A stretch of DNA of 64,000 bases, from positions 372,001 to 436,000 of the forward strand of contig JAUGWO010000112.1 in NCBI GenBank assembly GCA_049724395.1. The letters are read 5' to 3'. The position numbers were made by a program, and so were the translations under genes. The stretch is from Spongospora subterranea f. sp. subterranea (Eukaryota). The notes under the pieces are model-generated. The model did no database searches and had not been told where the DNA came from. It saw only the letters and a list, made by a program, of their open reading frames with translations. How positions within the stretch are numbered: position 1 is the stretch's first letter; each line of letters begins with the position of its first letter. Shown here in pieces: positions 13,755 to 26,325 of the stretch.

Positions 13755-14002
13755 CGGAATATGTCAGTTTGTGGAAGCGGCAAAATGTGCCAGTTGGCTG
13801 AGTAACTTCTTGGAGGAGATGAACTGCGTTCGACAATCCCCTACTACAATCATGCAAGATAACCAAAGCACGATTGCCTTGGCGAAAGGGGATGCTGTAC
13901 GACATCGAACAAAACACATAAACGTACGATACCATTACGTGAAGGATCAGTTCACACAAGGGACAATCCAACTTAACGCTTGACCGTCGAAAGACATGCT
14001 AG
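13755..14002 (+). mobile_element. Ty1/copia RNase H fragment
   Basis: WLSNFLEEM...PTTIMQDNQSTIALA...HRTKHINVRYHYVKDQ, then in-frame stop. Confidence 0.9.
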
Positions 14003-14111
14003 CGTCTTCCAACAATATTCACAAGGACAGACACGTCTGTCGTCTACAAATCAAGACATTACTACCTACATCCAACTCGCGAATATAATTGTGTATTTTG
14101 ATTTGGTACAG

Positions 14112-16102
14112 TTAGATTGCATGGCCTAGTAGGCTGAGTTGGTCAATGATATCCTGCTCTTTGGACAGCTTTTCTTTTTGTTCAGGTAGCAGATCACTGG
14201 CACAATCCCGAACTTGAATTTTGAGTTGCTCTATTTGACGAAGCTTTTTCAAAAGAGATTTGATAGCCTTGGCATCGTCAACCGGTTGGGCTCCTGCGGT
14301 TTCATCTGGCGTGTCGTTTTCGGCGGTTGTCTTTGCTTTCGCTCTCCTCTCTCTCCTTGCTTTATTCCGTATCGCTTTTTTGGGATCTTCAGTCTTAGAT
14401 ACGACATTCGCTGCAACAGTTGGTCCCGCCGATTTAGCTCCATCGTTACGAAGCTGGCGTAATAACTCGCTGACCCCAGTAGCAACCGGCTTTCCAGAAG
14501 CTGCAGCCTGCTCCCTGGCCTTTGGGGGTAAATAGGCACCAGCTTTCGCTCCACTAGGGCAGGCAGCTTCGGCAGCTTCTATTGGTTGAGAACGATCAAT
14601 CACGTCTTGAGAAGGCGGAACATTGGGGAAATCGGACACAGGTTGCAACGACAATAGTTGGACGTCAAGCAACTTGTCGAATTCGTGCTTGGCTAGTGTA
14701 TCGCCAGAGAAGCTAAAAACAGTAAATCCGTTGTCAACCTAAATGAAAACGGTTAAATTCGCTCCCCGATTAGTCAAATTTGCTCAGTTTATACCCGTCT
14801 GGCTGGAAACATTCTAGCTGTCAGGACGCATTGAGAATCAGCTGCCCAACCAACAAACTTGCTTCCCTACAACAAATAACAATTTGAGCTTCGTCGCAAA
14901 TTCAACAGCTACGATATATTACATGATCGGAGCCACATCCTAGAAACCGCCTCGCCGTGCGATCGAAAAACCATAAATTTCCTGGCAAATTCCCAAATCC
15001 GCCAACAGCAATATATCTGATCAGCGATAAGTCTCAATTAGAATCGATCTACCTGATATTTTGCTAGGAGAGATTACCTTCCAGAAGGGCTCCAGCGAAC
15101 TGTATTCCATGCATTCCTTCCGAGATCAAGAACGCATTTGGCATTATTCGAAGCACAAATGAAAGCGCGACGGCCGCAAATAACGGCAAACTCCCGTTTG
15201 CTTTTCACTGGGTTCCATTGGACATCGGCACATGCGCCATCAGTGCCAGCAGAGACGATCGTGACCGGTGGAGAGTGGCCATCAGCCGGAAGGAGGAATA
15301 AAGAAGCACTCCCATAATAAGATTTACCGGTGGCGTCATGAGCAGCGGCGGCCTTAACAAGAACAGCATGTCCAGCTGGAGACCATATCGCTTCGACATT
15401 GTCCGATTGGAAAAAACTCTTGGAGCATACGATGACATCGGGAGCATCCAGGTTATAGATTGACGATCGGGCAGGTTGACCATTCTTTCCCGCGATAAGA
15501 ACAAGGACACGGTATGTAGGCTCGATAATTGGAGACAGCCAGAACATGGTCATTTCTGGGATGTGCAACCGAAACTTGTATGGCAACGATGATGGGTCGT
15601 TTGATGACATTGTTGGAGATAGGACATATCCAAGCAATTCAGAACCTGATAAAACCCAGACGGTTTTTTCATCACTAGACCACTGAGCCGGAGCTCCAGA
15701 TAATCTATCAAGACGTTTTCTGCGACACCTGAAGACGCACTCTCCAGTAGATAGAGACCATATTGCCATATTCATATCAGTTTCCGAGGTCGGTTTTCTC
15801 CAGGTACATAGCCAAGTTGATTTAGCAGAGAATGCGATGTATGAGACAGTACTTTCATTTATAACCACAATTGGAAAAGGTTCCCCTTGCTGAATGCTCT
15901 TAACAGTAAATATCCCAACGGACCGATCGCCGCCAATGTTGATGGCAAGCATTTCACGATCTGGTGACCATGAATAAACCGGCTCAGACAAATTCACACC
16001 GCTGAGGGCACACGGCGACGACGACTTGAAGGGGAAAATATCAGAGGCAAAACCGGCAGAAGAGAGGCTGCACAATAAAATGCCACTAGAGGCAGCAGAC
16101 AT
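14112..16102 (-). CDS. EIF2A: Eukaryotic translation initiation factor 2A
   Basis: KSFFQSD, DATGKSYYG, NTVRWSPSGR, GFGNLPG-type exon, AYLPPKAR, KKLRQIEQLK. Confidence 0.92.
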
Positions 16103-16202
16103 CGTTGAGAAGGAAAGCGACATCAGTTGTGTCTGTTGTTGGTGAAGTGACAAACACCACAGTCACGGGGGGGAGTGGAGAGGAACTATAAAGTCCGTAA
16201 AG

Positions 16203-18040
16203 GGGGAGACACTCGTCCTCATGAGACAGGAGGAGTAACACGGGATGACCTGTACCTGACCAGATACACCTTCTGCACCTTCAGGGATTGGCAGTTGGGA
16301 GACACTCGTCCTCATGAGACAGGAGGAGTAACACGGGATGACCTGTACCTGACCAGATACACCTTCTGCACCTTCAGGGATGGGCAGTTGGGAGACACTC
16401 GTCCTCATGAGACAGGAGGAGTAACACGGGATGACCTGTACCTGACCAGATACACCTTCTGCACCTTCAGGGATGGGCAGTTGGGAGACACGTCTTCCTC
16501 ATGAGACAGGAGGAGTAACACGGGATGACCTGTACCTGACCAGATACACCTTCTGCACCTTCAGGGATGGCAGTTGGGAGACACTCGTCCTCATGAGACA
16601 GGAGGAGTAACACGGGATGACCTGTTCTGACCAGATACACCATGCACCTTCAGGGATGGGACAGGAGACAAGTATGAGCACAGTACAGGGGAGTGACCTG
16701 TACCTGACCAGATACACCTTCTGCACCTTCAGGGATGGGCAGTTGGGAGACACTCGTCCTCATGAGACAGGAGGAGTAACACGGGATGACCTGTACCTGA
16801 CCAGATACACCTTCTGCACCTTCAGGGATTGGCAGTTGGGAGACACTCGTCCTCATGAGACAGGAGGAGTAACACGGGATGACCTGTACCTGACCAGATA
16901 CACCTTCTGCACCTTCAGGGATGGGCAGTTGGGAGACACTCGTCCTCATGAGACAGGAGGAGTAACACGGGATGACCTGTACCTGACCAGATACACCTTC
17001 TGCACCTTCAGGGATGGGCAGTTGGGAGACACTCGTCCTCATGAGACAGGAGGAGTAACACGGGATGACCTGTACCTGACCAGATACACCTTCTGCACCT
17101 TCAGGGATTGGCAGTTGGGAGACACTCGTCCTCATGAGACAGGAGGAGTAACACGGGATGACCTGTACCTGACCAGATACACCTTCTGCACCTTCAGGGA
17201 TGGGCAGTTGGGAGACACTCGTCCTCATGAGACAGGAGGAGTAACACGGGATGACCTGTACCTGACCAGATACACCTTCTGCACCTTCAGGGATGGGCAG
17301 TTGGGAGACACTCGTCCTCATGAGACAGGAGGAGTAACACGGGATGACCTGTACCTGACCAGATACACCTTCTGCACCTTCAGGGATGGGCAGTTGGGAG
17401 ACACTCGTCCTCATGAGACAGGAGGAGTAACACGGGATGACCTGTACCTGACCAGATACACCTTCTGCACCTTCAGGGGGCAGTTGGGAGACACTCGTCC
17501 TCATGAGACAGGAGGAGTAACACTGACCTGTACCTGACCAGATACACCTTCTGCACCTTCAGGGATGGGAGTTGGGAGACACTCGTCCTCATGAGACAGG
17601 AGGAGTAACACGGGATGACCTGTACCTGACCAGATACACCTTCTGCACCTTCAGGGATTGGCAGTTGGGAGACACTCGTCCTCATGAGACAGGAGGAGTA
17701 ACACGGGATGACCTGTACCTGACCAGATACACCTTCTGCACCTTCAGGGATGGGCAGTTGAACCCAACTAGTGACCATTATCACTATTCCTTCTGCTTTT
17801 TGAAGTGAATTTCAGATACACCTTCTGCACCTGGGAGACACTCGTCCTCATGAGACTGATGACTCGTCCTCATGAGACAGGAGGAGTAACACGGGATGAC
17901 ACCTTCAGGGATTCAGTTGGGAGACAAATCCTCGAATGAGACAGGAGGAGTAACACGGGATGACCTGTACCTGACCAGATACACCTTCTGCACCTTCAGG
18001 GATTGGCAGTTGGGAGACATTCGTCCTCATGAACAGGAGG
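16203..18040. repeat. 93-bp tandem satellite, ~17 near-complete units plus degenerate fragments
   Basis: Unit GGGAGACACTCGTCCTCATGAGACAGGAGGAGTAACACGGGATGACCTGTACCTGACCAGATACACCTTCTGCACCTTCAGGGAT(G/T)GGCAGTT. Confidence 0.98.
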
Positions 18041-18143
18041 AGTTCTTCGTGTCTTACCTTCAATTCGTGCACCTTCAAAGGCCTGCTCGGCAAATCTGCG
18101 TCCTCAGTCACGCGTAGGATTGCTTGAATTATCTCCCAAAATG

Positions 18144-18424
18144 TGCTAAGAAGTTGGCCTTATTCGTCATGTTCCAATTCTCCAGATACACTTCGTCCCA
18201 CGTCATGATACCCATGAGCCGTCGTTGCCAGGGGCTTGGTTAGTGTTTCGAGATCTTGTCTTATTTCGGATGTGCCGTCGACGAATCATGTCATTGTCTG
18301 CTATACTCCTGGCACAGAAGTTCAACAAATTTCGAAAACTCAGGAGTGTCTTGACGAGGGACGAAGTTGCATTGAGATCGAGTGGGAAATTTGGAGCATG
18401 ACGAATAAGGCCAACTTCTTCGCA
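18144..18424. repeat. Imperfect inverted repeat (arms 18144-18218 / 18339-18424)
   Basis: AAGAAGTTGGCCTTATTCGTCATG pairs with CATGACGAATAAGGCCAACTTCTT; pairing extends inward. Confidence 0.9.
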
Positions 18425-18535
18425 TCCACATCGCGCATTACGCGACGAGCAGGTTGAAAGCGGCTTGAAGTAAACCAGGAGAACCCTTCTGTTCATGTTC
18501 TTGAGTACCGATATGCTTCATTCGCGAATGATGGG

Positions 18536-18779
18536 GTTGATGGTCAACCAAATCAAATCAACATTCAGGGTTTGCCTCATTACAAGTTCCCGGTATACAC
18601 GACCACATAGGCAGCGTATCTTTGTTGCCATTTTGACGAATAAAGTCAAAATGTGATTCATCATCACTGCTTTCCTCTTCGCTGCTGTCCAGCCTTATAA
18701 TAGACGATGTGGTCCCCTATGCCGGGATCTTGTAATCAGGCAAGACCTGAATGTTGATTTGATTTGGTTGACCATCGAC
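18536..18779. repeat. Imperfect inverted repeat (two 73-bp arms, 18536-18608 / 18707-18779)
   Basis: GATGGTCAACCAAATCAAATCAACATTCAGG pairs with CCTGAATGTTGATTTGATTTGGTTGACCATC. Confidence 0.92.
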
Positions 18780-18959
18780 ATGCAAGACACATCCTGTCTT
18801 CTAGAAGTATTTGGAAATGCGGCGACACTTAACTAAGCTTTCGTGAGCATCTCCAAGCCATTTCGTCATAAGGACTCTTCGCTCGGCCATAGGTCCACTT
18901 GTTTACGAATTCCATGCTCTGCATCCAACGAATTACCGATGTGAAGCTTAATCGAACGG

Positions 18960-19195
18960 GCGGCACCTGCATGAGGTGTGTCAAGCTTGGCGGCAGAAAG
19001 AACATTTCGCCAATTTTTGCCTTCATCGCACAAGCAACTTCAGGATTTAAATTGTCGCAAATTAGCACTCTGTCTCATGATCCGCATACGCTGAATATTT
19101 TTCATACGACTGAGCGATTTTCAACATTGCGCCGTATCCACCCGAGCACATTCCTGGAACAACACTGTCACACGAGAATCCGACTTGGCGACTTC
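18960..19195 (-). mobile_element. pogo/Tigger-type DDE_1 transposase remnant
   Basis: DSRVTVLFQECARVD, then (frameshift) VLICDNL and FLPPSLTHLMQ. Confidence 0.7.
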
Positions 19196-19722
19196 TGATG
19201 AGTCATGATATTTGTGCCTTTCCCGCGATTATTGATGGTCTAACAAATTCGCATCAATCATCGGCATTGTGTCTCGATTGCGCTCTGAGAATTTCCACGA
19301 GCGGACCCTGTATTCAACGTATAGACACAGTCCAGGCACGTGGTCCAGTAGCAATCTTGTTCTTCTTTCTTAATTGTGCTCGTTTGAGCTCTTCAGCCGC
19401 TACACGGCGTCCATCCGCGTCGAGCAACCTCTGCCAATGTTCTTCAGCCACCATCTTCCGACCGTTCCTGCGAGGTTAGCTGGTAGAAAAGCGGGTTGGC
19501 TTCCGATGCTGATACGTGCAAGGCATCGAAATCCTGTACTCGATCCCCTTCTGGCAGGAAAACTAAAACTTTGACAATCTCATTTCCAGTAAAGTCGACA
19601 AATCGCTTGATCTGCGACCCGGAAGCAATTTTTCAGAAGTCAGTACGCTCTCGGGCGACTGGCAAAAATGTTCACGACCAGCCAATTGCATTGATGCAGT
19701 CGATGATATCAGTTAGGCCCAT

Positions 19723-20131
19723 TCTCTCATTGCTGTTCAGCATAACAATGTCGACCCGTATCCAAGCCAAAGTTGACGCCTGCTTAATGCAGCGACGACA
19801 TCATGAATCGGCACCACGCGGGAAAGGGCAACACAGCGGCGCCGTCTCCAGAGACATCCCACTGCCTAAAGACCTTGCCGTCATGCTCAACTTGAACAAG
19901 GTTGGACCAGGGCGATATCATATTGGAGATGATCGATGTAATACAGGTGATACGGGCGTAAGATAGCGAAATTTGGTTTTACTGCGACAGTTTCCCACTA
20001 CGTTGACCTTCCCCGAGTAATGCCGATTCATGATGTCGTCGCGCTGCGTCAAGCAGTCGTCAACTTTGAGTTGGGTACGGGCCCACCTGTTGCTGAGCGA
20101 TTCCATTCTTATGCTGAACAGCAATGCGAGA
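19723..20131. repeat. Imperfect inverted repeat (arms 19723-19839 / 19995-20131)
   Basis: CATTGCTGTTCAGCATAA, CAAAGTTGACG and CGACGACATCATGAATCGGCA each recur as reverse complements. Confidence 0.88.
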
Positions 20132-21549
20132 TTGAGCAGCGGATGATTTAGGATGTATTGAATACCAGGGCTACGATCGATATGGTGCATCAATCAGTCA
20201 GCGCAATTTCAATCATTAGATAGACCTCAACCGCTGCCTATCATCATATATAATATTGGAATGGATTTAAGGGAACTTCTTTCCGAAGAGGTTTCGGTTA
20301 AGACTATACAGACTACTGAACTATTGTGTCAATTCTCGATATCGCCAAGACAAGGGAGTATATTGCCAAAAGCGGCTAAAATGTTCAAGACCGACATTAT
20401 CAGCTCAACGTGGACCCCAAGATTTAGGACTACAGTTTCAACACCATGTTCACTCCGCCGAGTTTTATTCATGAGAATTCTAGTCAACAAGGTGAAGGAT
20501 ATTGAACATCGAAGCGCGCCACAAAAGTTGTGATGTAATTAAAAATCGTATCGTACTATATCATGACTCATGTGCTGTCTCCTCTTGACAGAAATTCTTT
20601 CTTCTTCGTCTGATAGTAATCGCGAACCTAGTTTATTAGCATAGTTCAGGCATTGTTTCGGATCGATATTTGAGCTACGAACGCTGTATTACCCCAGAGA
20701 AGCAATGCCGTCCTTGCACAGATGTGTAATCGTGTTCCAGAATCATATAGACGGCGGCACCGATACAGCCAACAAATGTCCCTAATCTCAATACTCTTTT
20801 ACTCAAGGTGTCGATCTCGGGAGGTAAAGAACCCATATTCGATGTGCCGATTGATTTATTACCGGTAAACCCCGGAACTGTATCCAGGATCTGGCCACAA
20901 TTACAATGGCACCAAACTCGGGCGATCGATCAAAACAATTCCTATCGTGACACTCTTTGTTGAATGATCTACAATAGTTGTACCTTTATTCCTAGTATTC
21001 AATAAAATCTTACACACAATAGCAATTAGTTTCAAGTGCCCAAATAGGTCATTATGACACCTTACAATGAAAATTTACCGGAAAATCCTAGTGTTGACTG
21101 GTGGTTAAAACGGGTGGAGAGCGCCCGAAACCGTGTTTCGAGGCGAACGGCGAACGCCATGGACTCATATTGTGAGGAACGGCAGATATCGATAAAACCA
21201 AACTGGAAAAACTTGTATTGTTGGGAGATGCTCTAAGGTGGTGTTCAACCGACGTGGGTAAATGTTTTTATAAGAAACGAAGTATTGATTGTTAATCTCG
21301 TCCAGAAAATCACACTAAGACGAAAAGTAAAGATCGTATCACGTACAAACAACAACGAATAGGAAGAGATTCGGAAGATCACGGATATCTACAAATATTG
21401 AAGAAATCAGATGTAGGCCTAAATGTAAATTTTGCATCGAAGGAAATCTGGAGCATGGGTAGATTCTGACAAAGCGTCATGGCTTCATCAAACAGAAAAC
21501 ACAGCTCTTATCGAACTATTGAGATGAATCAAACCTGCTACGTGTATTC

Positions 21550-21928
21550 GATACGCCACGAAGATCGAGCTTCGGAATGGATACTGGAACGTCAAATTGC
21601 ATCCTCAGTCAAGACAGGGAAAGTTGAGATATACCCGGTGGAAAACCGAATGCACATCTTCCGGGGCCTTTTTTCTTCAAAAATAATTTCGGAGAACCGG
21701 CAAAAATATTGGCAATGATACGCCACGAAGATCTATCTCCGGAATGGATACTGGAACGTTTACGTCTTGACTGAGGATGCAATTTGACGTTCCAATATCC
21801 ATTCCAAAGATCGATCTTCGTGGCGTATCATTGCTGATATTCTTTCCCGTTCTCAGATAGTATTTTTGAAGAAAAAGGCCCCGGAAAATACGCATTCGGT
21901 TTTCCACCGGGTATATCTCAACTTTCCC
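21550..21928. repeat. Fold-back: A-B-A' followed by inverted (B-A); possibly an ISXO2/Merlin transposase fragment
   Basis: 21617-21759 pairs with 21787-21928; 21550-21615 also pairs with 21764-21829; arms encode TGKVEIYPVENR. Confidence 0.9.
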
Positions 21929-23199
21929 AGTTTCGTTGGCGGGCAATCGTCGACAAGCTGAAAGACGTTCTCGTTCCACCGAGTGATTCTACCAGACGTC
22001 TACCAAATCAAGGGATATGAAGCATATGCACTGATACGTCGAGTCAAAGAACAAAAGATCGATGTCAAACAATAAACATCGTTGTTGGCTATCTGGACTC
22101 TCAGAAACGGATATAAATTATATGTACAAAACAAGTATCTACTGATTGTGCACCAGAAAAGCCTCTGGGGGGAAATTGATGTTCCTCACAAAGACAAGGA
22201 TGATTGCTCCTTCGTCATTACTGGTGTCGCATTATGAGAGCAGTGCGTTTTGATTGTGTCATCACATCGCAAGTGATTGCAATGATGACAAAAAAATGCC
22301 TCGTTCAGCGAGTTGAAAGGCATGGCGAGGATTCTGGTGAATGCGATTTTAGTGATGATGAAGCGCCGCCGGGGTCACTTACGTAGTTGTAAACAAACTA
22401 CAAACCAAGGACCAATTGACTCGAAGATTGTATGATTAGTCGCAGTTTATCTATGTCCTCGACTTTTCAATCTGTTTGTTAATGCATTTGTTATCCGGCC
22501 AAGCCTGATCGGGCATAAAAATGGTTCGAACAGCCATACACTAAGTTGAACATGCCATTGTTCATGGCTGAACCTCGTTGACGGGCAACCTCGCCCACGT
22601 GATATGCAGTTGACAAACGACGCTTTGGACACCAATTCCCGAGCAAACATATTCAGTAACTCATATAGCTCATGCACTATTGTGTAAACGGCTATCAGAT
22701 AGACAAAAGGAATAATGATTGATAATAATACAGACCTAAGTCGTCAATGGTCCACGATCCTAATCCATGCATTCGCAGCAGCTGGCAACCGCCTTCGTTA
22801 TACAAAACGTGTCTGCGCTGCTGTACGACCTCGATTCCTGAGCGTAAACGGATAAATACGATCCTCCTGACAGAATAATTAACGGCAAACAGAGCCGGGA
22901 CCACAGAACTATAATACCATTTTTGATAAAACATCCTGTATTCGGCCCTCAATCTGCAGTGACGACATTTGCAGCTTGGATTCATCTAACTCTCGAGAGG
23001 ATCGATCAGGAGAGAAGTAGATCTCTTCCAGAAGAAACATGTTGTTTACGAAATCAGTACAGTGCCGGATTCCTTGTTGATTCAGGGCTTGCCATCTGTC
23101 GCGGCATTGCAATACAATGGAAGCGACATCATCCCATTCATCGTCCGGACCCCTCATATTAACCGGCGGTGCCCACCACCAACACTGCACTCCGCAACT

Positions 23200-23330
23200 A
23201 CACTATCACCTCCTCCTTCAACGCTATTTTACCGCCTCTCCCTCAACACTATCTTACCGCCCCTCCTTCACCACTATCTCCTTCAGCACTATCTTACCGC
23301 CCCCCCTTCAACACTATCTTACCGCTCTTC
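23200..23330. repeat. Degenerate ~25-bp minisatellite, ~5 copies
   Basis: Unit CCTTCAACACTATCTTACCGCCCC(T). Confidence 0.85.
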
Positions 23331-24320
23331 TTCCTACACCGATACCAATCAATGATGCATATTTTACCATCACATTCGTTAACTCTGTTTCAACAGTAAA
23401 ATATGTTTCAAATGGTCAATTTACCCTTGCGTACAGTCATAATTCTCAGGTGAAAACGTCCATGGTCAGAAACTCAGAAAACCGGACGCTTCAACACAAA
23501 ATGGTGGTATAATTCCGGTGAACGTGGAAGTAAGTGATTTCAGACGAAGTTCAAACAGCTGCTAATTCATATGCGAACCAGCAGTATGAAAATATTGAAC
23601 TCGCTCCTCCTTCCCAACTAAAGTGTAAAAATTGCAGAAATTTCCGGTGATGAAAAAACTTGTTTATTTTCGAGATCCGCCCCTTTGCTCTTCGGCTGAC
23701 GTGTTCGGGCTTCGAGACGATGACACAATAGATGGAATTGCTTGGTGCGTTTCCTCTTTGTAGTATTGTCTGCAAAAACGGATGCGTTCGCTTTTCGCGA
23801 GAGCGGTTATGTTTTCTTGAACGTTTGCAAATTGGTTGTTGTCTAGTGACTGTTTGCTCTTAAGGAAAAGCGGAGGTGTGGTAGTGAAGTCAGATAATGG
23901 TGGATCCGGGTCGTTAGTCTTTGCTTGGGTCGTGCCTGCGTTATTTATGGATTGTTGCTTTTGCCGGTTGTTCGCTTGGCTTTCCGTGTTGTTGGTGGGT
24001 CGTGATCAGGTGTGAGTCGAGTGCTGCCTCTTTTGCTCTCGGGCAACGCTTGTGCTCTTCGGCTTTAGGGGCATGAAGAGCTGCTATTCTGGCGAATCCC
24101 ATTTTTGATGGGAGTCATCAATGCTTGCAGGTGTGTGGACTTGGATTGGGACCGCCCGGTCAGAGACCAATTCCTGGGACTACCCAGAACGTCGACCCCA
24201 TTCTGAATGTTTTTTTTTTTCAATTTTCAATTTAGAATCTGTGCCACTAATCTGTCATATTCTTTAAGCGAGCACCAATCAGAAAACCTTATGGTTGTTA
24301 ATAAGTTTATGTTTATTTTT

Positions 24321-25498
24321 TCACTGTAAACTATGAAGAAGATTCTGTAGGTAGAGTACCCAATAATCCATGACACCGGGCATACGATAATGCAAGCAAT
24401 CGTTATCGAACTTATGACCGTCTGGTCGCAACCTCGTGATTGGATTCACATCCCATATGATCGATTGAGGAAGCTCCTCTTGCAAAACGCGCAACGCAAT
24501 CGCGTTCAGGGAAGCGACAATTGATCCCATTTATACATATCATAAACACCTACAGAAATCCCGATCGTGGTTTAGCGTTCCGAATCGCTGGTTGAACCAG
24601 GTCGCATACCGGAGTAATTTGTTGCTGCAAAAACTTCTTCAGAAATTGGTCCGGTGGCGTCGCCGCAATTCGGATGACCGGCAACGGATGTTCGAAATAT
24701 CACTGTCCCGTTGTATGACTGATTTAAATATTTGGATACTGTTCGGATCCGGTTCTCATATTTGGCCGAATCCTCAAAATGCGGCCCAGAGTTCAAAATC
24801 AAAATATCGTAATTAGGCAGCAGGTACTTCCATGGTTGGCAACGGATCGCAACCTCGCATTCATTTGGGTAAAGAGTATCAGTCAATGTCAGATGGACGT
24901 TGGCGATCCCATACAACTTGCTTTGAGATTGGGAGCCACACAAGCTGATGCCATGATCGCCCATAGTTCGATTCCATGGAAAGTCCTGCATAATCGGATC
25001 ACGCCCGCCCAAGACCACCCAGAGCAACGTCAAGAAATTCTGATTGATTGAGTCTCCAACGAACAATATTGAACGATTATGGATGGCCTGACACCAATTG
25101 TCAGCGGAAAAGGGCACTAATGGAAATTGAGAGGCAATCGCTTTGGGAATCCATTCCCAAAGCCATGGCTGTGAGCGCTGATTGGAACGATCAATTTTGA
25201 AATTCGGATGAAGGAATTGCTCGTAGTCTTGCGGTAAACCCGTTCGGTTAAGTGTTATTTCTTGGGAGACGATCCTGCGCCATTCTCCATCACGAAATCT
25301 CTGCTGAGTAATGCGAATTTTGTCAGATTGTGATAGAGCCGTTGGTTTTCCTTCCGGCTTTGGTGGGGCAGCGGTATAGAGTAGCCAATGCGGAACGATG
25401 GAAGTTGCAAATATAACAACATTCACTACCAAAATCAGAAAGGGAAATGTCCCAACAAGAAAGTATCGACAGCGTCGATTTGCCAATGTGTCCACCAT
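24321..25498 (-). CDS. TBL/PC-esterase (SGNH) family glycan O-acetyltransferase-like, type II membrane protein
   Basis: N-terminal TM helix; ILFVGDS, ILNSGPH, VIFRTSVAGHPNC, DCLHYRMPGVMDYW; one intron near 24552-24610. Confidence 0.88.
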
Positions 25499-26325
25499 AT
25501 CCAAGTAAAGGGCGTGAAAGCGTGTAGATTGATCGCTATGGCGAAAGTGTATCAGGGTTGGCCAAATTGGCTGCAGTTACTATAGGGAACCCTTACAGTC
25601 GATATGAGACTGTGGGGGTAAATTGACTTCACCTGCACCGCCAGGTTCGGCACGAGGATATGGCCGGCAACATCGTCTGCAGATCAATTTCATTGCAGCG
25701 ATCGATATCAACAGAGGGGTATGGGCCAATGCTTTCGACTGTCCATCGCCGCTGGACGGCTCGGAATTCTTATTGCGCGATGGCCGGGCCAACATGAAAA
25801 ATTGAGTCACCCCCATTCCTTTCTGTCTTTACCAAATCTTCTATATATGCGCTGGGCTTGTAATCGATGCTTTGCTTCGAAAATATCGGCAGCACCGATG
25901 AATTGATCGGTATTTCAGAATCGGTTCGACCAAATCGCGAAACGCCTTGATCCGATCGTTTCGGGTAGAATTGTCAAGTTTGGTTGGCGACCAACCAAGG
26001 CTAATTTTCATTGCTGAGAATTGGGTTGATCATTCCTGATGTAATCTGTATCATCGCAGGTGGCAAATATGGTCTTGTCTGCAATCCAATTTCACTTGTA
26101 TTTTCCACATCTCTTTAAATTATTTATGAAATCATGGAGAAGACTGTTTCAATTGATTCTTGCTCTTAGCCTTGAGCAAGTCAGTTTTATTAAATCATAA
26201 AAAGTTATCATTTATTGCGAGCGGTATCTGCAAACCGGAAAATGATAATCTACAACTAAATCCAGGTTTTCTTGCGTCGAAGAAACTCATATCGAAATTT
26301 TGAATAATACATGTTTCGGCGATGG

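Noticed and set aside
16203..16295. Hammerhead ribozyme in the satellite unit (CTCATGAG-GAC..GTC on - strand)
   Set aside because: Core is CTCATGA, not CTGANGA, and the GAAA element is missing.
16163..17808. Long ORFs on both strands of the 93-bp array as repeat proteins, or the array as a CRISPR
   Set aside because: A unit length divisible by 3 makes open frames likely by chance and indels break them; there are no unique spacers and no cas genes.
18100..24200. Intact Fanzor/TnpB, integrase or endogenous virus
   Set aside because: No long ORF or RuvC, capsid or polymerase motifs seen; only decayed fragments.
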